A DNA stretch of 64,000 nt from NCBI RefSeq assembly GCF_964355755.1, contig NC_092670.1, positions 35,824,388 to 35,888,387 of the forward strand, written 5' to 3'. Source of the stretch: Antedon mediterranea (lineage: Eukaryota; Animalia; Echinodermata). This document shows, piece after piece, positions 55,201-64,000 of the stretch (its first letter is position 1; each line of letters starts with the position of its first letter). Both the position numbers and the translations under genes were made by a program. Under the pieces are notes generated by a model that was given only the letters and a program-made list of their open reading frames with translations, had not been told where the DNA came from and searched no databases.

Positions 55201-58200
55201 AAGTTTACCGACGGTTACCGAAGGGAACACGGGTACTTTTTGTCGGGGAATATAATATACAGTAAAAAACGTTCGCGTTCACTTGGTAGCTTCAGCGCCT
55301 AGAAAACCGCGACGTCTCATTGACCGACCGTGAGAGTACGTCAGAGTGCTATTATGCAATTTATATGCATTCATTATTGCCAGCGATCTAACTTACTACT
55401 AAACATTAGCTAGGTACGCACTTGTCTGGCGGTATCCCTTTGTACGAATCGTTCAATGTTGGGTCGAGACGGGTGATATCAAGTTCCATCCAGGGACGTG
55501 ACCAAAATGTGTAATGTAGTTATTTTCCAGGCGAAGTTTACCGACGGTTCGGGTACTTTTTGTCGGGGAATATAATTCGTTCGCGTTCACTTCGTAGCTT
55601 CAGCGCCTAGAAAACCTCGACGTTTCATTGACCGTGAGAGTACGTCAGAGTGATATTATGCACTTTATATGCATTCATTATCGCCAGCGATCTAACTTAC
55701 TACTAAACAATAGCTATAGGTACGCACTTGTCTGGCGGTATCCCTTTGTACGAATCGTTCAACGTTGGGTCGTGATATCATGTTCCGTCCAGGGACCAAA
55801 ATGTGTACTGTAGTTATTTTCCAGGCGAAGTTTACCGACGGTTACGTCGTGTACTGTGTCGACGACGCTACACTACAGCAAAAACGAATTATGTTAATTG
55901 TTCGTATGTTCACCAATTTTTTAATTTACAAGTAACCTTCTGTACCGTGGGGCACCTAAAATAAATATTTCATCCATTACTAAACAAAAAAACATGCCAT
56001 TTTCGCTTAGCCAACATCTTATTATAGCTAAGTTATTAAATTTTCAATGTCCTGTATGTCATGAATTTCTCACCACTCGGAAGTCCAGATGGTACGCAGG
56101 CATACACTTGGGAGGAATAAACTTATTTCCCCGACTGAAAAGGTCTACGCTTGCGTTTTTTAAGCCTCTGGGCCTGATGTTTCCAAAGTATAAAATGCAG
56201 CTCTAGTTTTAAACATTTTCTTAGCTCAGCCCCAACAATAAAGCTGGTCATATTTCGAAGTACAAGAAGTGCATTTTCCGGGACCTAACATCTCTATTTT
56301 TCAAACATTTCTTAGCTCAGTCACAACCATGATAGGGACTTATATATTTTGTTTCATGTTTTGAAGTATAATAAGTCCAATTTCCAGGACCTCCAACTCT
56401 ATTTTTCTAAATTTTATTTGAACCTTTATTTTTTAAATTGAAAAATATGGATTGAAACAGTCATCGCGCACCGTTTTTTTGCACGCAGTATTTTATTTAT
56501 GCATTATAAAAAATGGAAAAAAATGGCTACCCTAAATCTGATTAAAATGACCTCAAATGACGCTAGAACGCGTTGCTTCCGGGGGCTTCGCCCCCTGGAC
56601 CCCACCGGGGGCCCTTGGCGGCCCCCTGTCCCCCAGCCTTGTGATGCTTGCTTCGCTCGCATAGCCCCCTCGTCGGGGAATGTAGCCCCCGCGTCGGTAA
56701 GATCCTGGCGCCACCCCTGCACACGATGTATCCATACAATATGAATATTTATGAGCTAACTCAGGTCAAGGGTTAAATTAAACCGGAACACATTTATCTT
56801 CCAGACAAATAGCTTCCGGTTTGTTAATTTTTGCATTAAATTTCGATTTTCCCGTGTAAAAAATTATTTTTTTCAATCCAAATTGAGGTCAAAGTGAATA
56901 ACTTTTATGTGCAATAAAAATGGCCTATTCAACAAAAAGATTGAAAAAAAAATTTTTTTCAGGGGGACAATACATCTTTAATATTTAATAAATAAAAAAA
57001 TTAAAACAATATTATTCATTTGCTTATTGTATTATTGAAAAATAATAAAACTATATCAAAAATAGATAGATTACGCTTCTTCATTTGCTATGAATATATT
57101 ATGTGATGTCATGGTATTCCGAAATAAAAAGACGAATGAGTGAAATATCGTGATACATGTATTTACCGTTTTCATTGGGTCCGTGGTTGGAAGATCTTTC
57201 AACAATTTATAATCAACAATGAAAAGTCGTTTCTTTTCAATAGCACTCTCTATCGTTAATCCCTCCAACAAGTCGCCAAGCATTTCATTTGTTACACCGA
57301 AGCTATAATTATAATAATCATCATAATGTTATTTATTTATACAATTATTCATTGTCGATTTTTTCCCTACAAACTTTTGACATACAAATTTGAATTATTA
57401 GGATTGCTACTATAATAACTGAAAAACCAATAATAGCAATCCATGTAGACATATATGTACTGTATGTAAATAATAATCACAATATTGGTAACGCATCAAT
57501 TATAATATAAGCTTCAATGATATAGAAAATGTTTCCAGCAAGCAAGCCGATTAATGCGATTTTGTGAAACATATTTCGAATTACAATATTTGTTCGCGTT
57601 TATCACTTCATGCAGCAGCATAACATACATGAAAAGGTTGATATATCAAAAAATATCATCATTTCCCAACTATATTTTTAGTCGCGTGGACGCCACTCAA
57701 TAGTTCACTATGTCGGTCTGTCGGTCTGTCGGTTTTTTGGTCTGTCTGTCGGTCCGGTATCACTATGCGTTTTATCGCTTTTCTGTACTTTTTGAACTGT
57801 TTTGATGTACATTACTTTTTGAAAGTTCATTTTTTCTGAGAGCACGCGACTTATGGCTGTTGGTCTTGTTAGATTGTAAAAATATCATCATTTCCCAACT
57901 ATATTTTTAGATTGTAGAGCAGGAATAATTATTCTGGCATTGTAGCTTTAATTAAACCTTCTCTAAAATCCTGATATTTTAAGCCACACAGACATAAAGA
58001 ATATAGGAATCATAAACGAGTATTCGATTTGAATCTGCGACTAAATTAACTACAACATAAAATGAATTGTTATTACTTTTCAGGTATATGTGTACAAAGC
58101 TGTATAACGCCTGGATTACAGTCTACCAGTCGCTGCTTGCCAAATTCAATATCTGACCTCCAACGATGCTTTCCCTATTGGTATGTAGAAGAAAAATATC

Positions 58201-61200
58201 TATTATATAGATAGTTTTTTTTTATAAATATTGTATGGGTCTCTCCCATCTTTATTCATTCATTAATGTATATGCATATATTTTGGTTTACAATAATTTA
58301 TTATTATATAATAAAATAAATTAATATTATAGGCCTAGATCAAGTTAAGGCACACACACAATTTTTTTCATAGTACTGTATACAAATATTGCACATACAT
58401 ACATTAAAATAAAATTTATATAGATAGGTTTATTACATGGTTTTATGTTCCTTTCGGATTAGAGGTTACCAGGATGTATAAATGGGCTTAACAATGTCAG
58501 ACTGCATTGGTAGTAGCTCATTATAGGATTATTTGAAGTACTCAGCTAGTGGCAAATAAGTCTTACGTTCATAGCAGGTTATAATGGCAATCGTGATGAC
58601 TGCTTTTGTACTTCGAAGAGAGTCAGGGGGTCCAATAATTATAAGAAAGAAGTATGAGGAGTATTCAGTATTCAGTTATTCATGGTCAAACACAGTAAAA
58701 TATTTACATGGTTTGAGATTATTTTTGTTTGTTCAAAGTTAAAAATTTCCATAAAAATATAAAAATGAATTAAAAAGGTTGAAATACAAATAAAACACAT
58801 AATTTAAAATGCTGAAAAAATGCATCGTTTAAATACAAAAGACAAGCAAGATTGGTGTGTGAAGAGGGTATAGCATACAATTATCAATAAAATTTCATTG
58901 AATTGCCTCATTGCAGTATGGAGAAACGAATTTCTCATCCTATTGGTTTTCCATCTTGGGTACACTAAACGCCCTGACTTACCAAAGACAATGTAATGAT
59001 GGAGAGGGTGATACTCATCCGCCGACATAATTATTTTTAATGTTTTACTTATGGCATTGTTGACAATATGTTTAGCGTTCTTACTATCTTTAGTTCCTAT
59101 TATTCTGTAAGCTGTTTTACTGATTTTCTCTACTGCCAGGAGGTGTATGATGCCTGATTTATAATAGGTTGCCTGAGCCGATACTGTCCTTAAATGATGT
59201 TTAAAACTGTTTGCTCCTCCTTTGGATGGGACATCCTGAGGATACATCACTGCATATTTATTTCCATTTATTGCTGGTAAACATATTGGAAACTATTACT
59301 GTACCAGTACTTACTTTTGGTACGGGATATGATCCTTTGTAAACGTTTCCTAGATCGTCGAGGCTATCCCAGCGACCACTTGTAAGACCTATTATCGTTC
59401 CATCAAGCTTGTCTTTGATTGCACCGGTCACAATTCCCCACTGAAATATTTTAATATTGATCAGATTAATCGGTTTAAATTCGGAATGTGTACGTTCACA
59501 CACTCAATATAGTTGAAAATTTTTTTTTATTTATTTTTTTATTTATTTCATATTTCATGGTACCAAAAACAAGACCGACGCAGCGCAAAATACACACACA
59601 AAATAAAAATAAAAATTAAATTCTGCAATTAACAATTCATTGTTCTAAGCAATTTAACAATGGAAAACAATTTATGGTAAATAAAGATAATAAAGATATA
59701 TTAAGTTGTCCCTATTGAACAGTTTGGTGATTAATCAACATTAAAAATACAAGAACGCTATAAATTACATAAATCTTCATTTTTCATGTTTTTTGGGGGG
59801 TAAAAACATCTTTAATAAGTTTGATTTATTTCAGTTTAAAAAAAAAACCATAAATACACAACTTTCATAATTCAATACACTACATACACAATACCCAAAT
59901 GTGAATATGTATAAACAAATAAAGCGATCAGATTTCGATCAGAATTGCCTAACATTTGTTTTCTAACTACCTATTTTGTCCGATATGTAACCACTTTTTC
60001 AAGTGCATACGGTATCTATTTAATCATTTTTTTGTGCAATATGCCATTCCATGTTTTGGAGATATTTTAGTTCGACTAGGAAGTATTTTAGTGTGACAGC
60101 TATATTTCTCCATTTACATCTATAAATATAGTATTTTCCAATCAAAATAATGAAATTTATTACAGAATCTTTTGGAAAACCCAATAAATATGTTTTGCAT
60201 TAAATTCTATTTTCATATTTCTATTGCTCAACCAGAATTGGACGTCTTTCCAAAATGATATTACTTTTTTGCATTTCCAAAAAAGATGTTGCAAACACTC
60301 CGGCTCTTCCTTACAAGTATCGCATAATTCAGAATCTTTAATTTTAAATTTATGTAGTAAAACATTTGTAGCCAAGAACATATTTAATATTTTTTACTGA
60401 AAATATCTCAGTCTTGTGTCTATTGTACTTTTGTATGTTAATTTATATAACACCTCCCAGTCGGCTATAGGTCCAAAGTCGTTTTCCCATTTGATACAGG
60501 TATGCGGAAGAACACTAATGCGATTAATTATTAAGCTAGATGCAAGTTTTGTTCCTAATTTTAAATCCGATGCTATAATTACTTCACTTTTTTGTTTTAA
60601 CATTATATCATAGTTCTTAGATTGCATGGTATCTCTCCATATTTTAGGAATAGCTACTATTAAACTATGGAATGTCAAAAAATCCACACGTGTATCATAT
60701 TTAATATGAAACTGTTCATAAGACAGCATACTTCCGTTATCATTAAGCAAATCTTTAACTACTGTTATACCACTATCATATAGCATTTTATAAAAACAAC
60801 GGGTCACCTTGTATTGTAATATGACTGTTATACCATAATATTTCATTGTGGAACGTTACAACCTCATTTATTTGCTTAAAATTAACAGAGTGCCAACATT
60901 TAATTACGTGAGATAAAAACAAATTGTCACTTATTCTATTGAGAATTGAGTCATTATGTGCTATATTACAATACCAAATCAAATTACCCCCAGCCGGGTA
61001 TAAAAACTCCCGCCATATGCCTTTCCAACGACCCCGGTTGTCTTCAAAACGACTCTACATGGACCATTTTAAGTCCCCCTTTTTCTATTGTGTTTATAAT
61101 TAGTTTTCTCTTTTTTTTATCCGGTTTGCGATTCCAAATGAAAGAGTACAGAATTTTATCTAATGTTTTAAAAAATGATATAGGTGGATTGGTTATCACA

Positions 61201-63514
61201 GTAAACAAGAAAGTAAGCATGGGCACTATTAGAGTCTTAATTATCGTTATCTTTCCAATTGGGGTGAGATTTCTTGCTGACCAAATGTTAGTAAGCGTTT
61301 TAATTTGATCAAGGTGAGGTAATAGGTTCAGAGTAAACAGATCCGAAGGATCGAGTGTAAATTTTACTCCGAGTAACCATATCGGACCTTTTGTCCAAGT
61401 AAGTTTTTTTAGTTTGTTATCCTCTTCAAATTTATTTAGTATATGTTTATCCGATCCCATACACATCACTTGTGTTTTATCTTGATTTATTTTTAATCCA
61501 GAAATATTGGCAAAATTTTCAAGAACTTTCATAGTACCCAAAATAGACTCTTTAGAACCATCGAGAATGACAACTGTATCGTCGGCATATTGCGTTAGTT
61601 TAATTTCTTGATTATTAATTGTAACACCTTTAATTGTTTGGTTGTGGCGAATATGAGAGGACAATATTTCGGCACACAATATAAATAAGTATGGAGAGAG
61701 AGGGCATCCTTGTCGGAGACCTCTTGATAGATTAAAAAAATTAGACGAATAACCATTATTAATCACACAGCTACAGGCGCCGGTATAAAACACATTTATC
61801 CATTTTCTAAAATCCTTCCCAAAATTATAATAAGATAAAACCTTATCTCAATATTTCCATTCTATTTTATCGAAGGCTTTTTCAAAATCCAAAGCAAGAA
61901 TCATACAATCTGTGTAATGTATAATATCCAAAACTAATCGGATGTTTTCACCGATTTATCTCCCGTTCATAAATCTGATCGGGATCTATTATTAAGGGGA
62001 AAACATTCTTAAGCCTTGTAGCTTCGCTTCGGTAGCATATTGCTGGTCATTCAGTAGTGAAACATTACATTTCCAGAACCCAGGTCCCTACCTTGTTTTG
62101 TAAGATTGAAAGATAAAGTGATTTTAGAGTGTTCAGTTTTATAACCCGGTTTTATATCAGTTTCAATTCAATTTTTTTTTGCATTTGACAAATCATATGA
62201 TGATTTCCTTTGACACTTATGTTTGTTTATTGTTTCAGTACTACACTAAAACTTCTTAGGAACTTTGACTGCAAACACTGTGTCTTAAGATTGGTTCCCA
62301 CTAGGATGAAACGCAAGGACGTAAATGCAACACAAGCTGACCGATGGCAGGCGACAGTATAATCATCGCTTGTGATGGTCAAAGAACTTGCGTTGCACTT
62401 ACGCTATTGCGTGGTGTCCATGTGAAAAACCTAGCTTTAGGGCAACTCCACGTAACTTCAGTTCACGAGAAATTTTAACAAGAGTGGGACATGCCTACAC
62501 TAATTGAACCTTTTTGAATTTTGTTAGAACTCTGTGTTTTGTTTCAAACGTCATGGGGAGAGCTTCTACATGGTTGGATAAAGTCATTTGTCTTACCTCG
62601 TAATCATTGGAGAAACTTTCAGTATCTGGAAATTCCTTCACCTGTAATTATAATTCAAATCAAATTAAGCGAAGATACAACAAACATTATGATAACAATA
62701 ATGACCATGAGTTAGTAGTTAGCGAAACTAACCTTTTTGACAGTTTCGCTAGCCTGCTCAGACAGAAGGTTAGCTTTTGGGGTTTTTAAAAAAAATAATT
62801 AATTCATAGATATCGAAACTAGATTAACATTTTTAATCATAATAATAGTAAACATGATTACGTTAAAAAATATATTTTCCTCTAATAAAATAAAGTACAC
62901 TATTGCGTTTATCCTAACAATTATTATAAGTATTGGAATTATACGTCCGAAAAGGTATATTAATTTTAGTAAATGGAAATTATTAACTATTTTTTTTTAG
63001 TTTCTAACGGTTTGGTGTGAGAAATATGTTTACGGACCTGACTTGGCAATCCATCGCCTGCAGGAGCAAACGCATATGTTTTTCTCTTTTCTTCAAGTTC
63101 CTGTTTTCTTTGTTGAGGAAATCTGTCGAATTGCGGCAAGACGCTATCATGTTCCTGAAATTTCATCTTAATTTCAGGTTTGATCCAACGGTGCATTGGA
63201 AAAACATATTCCTTGTTGCGTCCTTTTACCTTTATCCATTCTACATACCACTTATCAGCGCTACGCTTTGTCCGCCATAACTCAAGCTCAGCAATGTCTC
63301 CAAAATCGGCGAGATTTCTGACGGGAAATTCATTAGTACTACCAGCTTGAAAATCATTCTGCCATTTGACGTCCAGATGTATTTCTTGAGATCGTTTTCC
63401 ATCTGCATTCACAAGAAGGACGTAGATGTTTGCATCCGTACCCGCTCCCTGGTGATCACCAGTTTTTACTATTACGGTATACTCCGAACGAAACTTTGAC
63501 ACAATACTTCCCAT
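49297..63514 (-). CDS. Lipoxygenase paralogue D, intact, ~665 aa; closest to paralogue C
   Basis: Exons 63514-63038, 62641-62597, 59440-59315, 58174-58077, 57302-57167, 52245-52150, 51601-51387, 51012-50753, 50202-49937, 49849-49686 and 49411-49297 (1998 nt). All iron-ligand motifs are present. Confidence 0.95.
54821..56719. mobile_element. Non-autonomous hAT element (1899 bp) nested in Kolobok copy 2
   Basis: 8-bp TSD CACACGAT (54813-54820 and 56720-56727). TIR CAGTGGTGGCGCCAG/CTGGCGCCACCCCTG. The empty site is at about 2098-2105 in copy 1. Confidence 0.92.
54903..55845. repeat. Three ~300-325-bp tandem units inside the hAT element
   Basis: CGGGTACTTTTTGTCGGGGAATATAAT...GGCGAAGTTTACCGACGGTT recurs near 54910, 55230 and 55550. 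Confidence 0.9.
57676..57870 (+). mobile_element. Short Helentron-associated (HINE-like) element
   Basis: AGTCGCGTG...CACGCGACT subterminal inverted repeat, (GTCG/GTCT)n microsatellite and T-run insertion site, within one copy of a ~38-bp local duplication. Confidence 0.7.
58662..59137 (-). mobile_element. 5'-truncated Rex1/L2-group LINE 3' fragment
   Basis: HPLHH...SGRL...KTNRMRNSF motif, (CTGAATA)n tail and a possible AGGAG TSD. Absent from the paralogous LOX-C intron (about 35300). Confidence 0.7.
59519..62100 (-). mobile_element. 5'-truncated, frameshifted L1/Tx1-clade LINE
   Basis: RT motifs DFEKAFD, GLRQGCPLSPYLF and QYADD, C-terminal CDTC...HLFWKC, several frame breaks, and an A-rich tail at about 59519-59550. 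Confidence 0.88.
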
Positions 63515-64000
63515 ACTGAAATTAAAATTGATCAGAAATTAATATTTGTTAATAATCTACATTCAGCGATAATATATAGACATGAACAAACTGTGAAGGT
63601 TGATGTGATTATGTAAATCCTCTTTCACAGAGATTTGGACCAAGGCTAATGTATAATGATACATCCTTAATACAGTAATCTCAAGTCCAATTGTAGTCTT
63701 TTGCTGCCACCACCGACATTATGAAAACTAGTTCAGCCAAGTAATTTTCCAATAAAAAACAACATAATACTGTGTTTGTAATTCACATTATGTTATGGTA
63801 TTTTATTAATTTTATTTCCTGTTAATTAACCAAGGCACCCAACTAAAATAACGTTACAATTTTAAGCTAGAAGAGTTTCCGTCTTTGTTTGAATACGTTT
63901 CGGTATCTTTTATGTTTTATTTTTTCAACAATTACTTTTCAATAGTAATACAATTGTTTAATTTATTAATGATTAATATGTCAAGTGTGTTATTTTTAAC

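Larger units (their letters stand above)
52617..56977. mobile_element. Non-autonomous Kolobok-type DNA transposon, copy 2 (complete; ~2454 bp without the nested hAT)
   Basis: TTAA TSD (52613-52616 and 56978-56981) and a perfect 16-bp TIR AGATGTATTGTCCCCC. RR...YY termini with TTAA indicate Kolobok rather than piggyBac. Confidence 0.88.

Noticed and set aside
52617-56977. piggyBac assignment because of the TTAA TSD
   Set aside because: Termini are AG...CT, not CC...GG, which fits Kolobok.
58804-59250. 148-aa ORF as a nested host gene
   Set aside because: It is a chimera of intron sequence and a LINE C-terminal fragment inserted at 58662-59137.

Overview
AT-rich, intron-containing animal DNA, probably from a marine invertebrate (inferred from gene and repeat content). 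The backbone is a minus-strand tandem array of four lipoxygenase (PLAT + LOX domain) paralogues with matching exon architecture. LOX-A starts at 6440 and runs off the left edge. LOX-B (20100-13614) has one in-frame TAG in the PLAT exon. LOX-C (36915-30688) and LOX-D (63514-49297) look intact at about 665 aa. All four begin with an MGxxxS N-myristoylation motif. Introns and spacers are packed with mobile DNA: a near full-length RTEX-like LINE, a miniature Gypsy element, two near-identical Kolobok-type elements (one with a nested hAT), an 8.1-kb CACTA/EnSpm-type element with nested inserts, SINEs, MITEs, Helentron-type elements, LINE fragments and a Penelope-type hammerhead ribozyme. The most unusual feature is the LINE at about 25190-30045. 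It has a 2A/StopGo motif in ORF1, ORF1 and ORF2 in one frame separated by a single UAG with no usable AUG, and a post-UAG segment complementary to its own 3' UTR 3.4 kb away. This suggests readthrough controlled by long-range RNA pairing. All calls were made by eye, without database searches.
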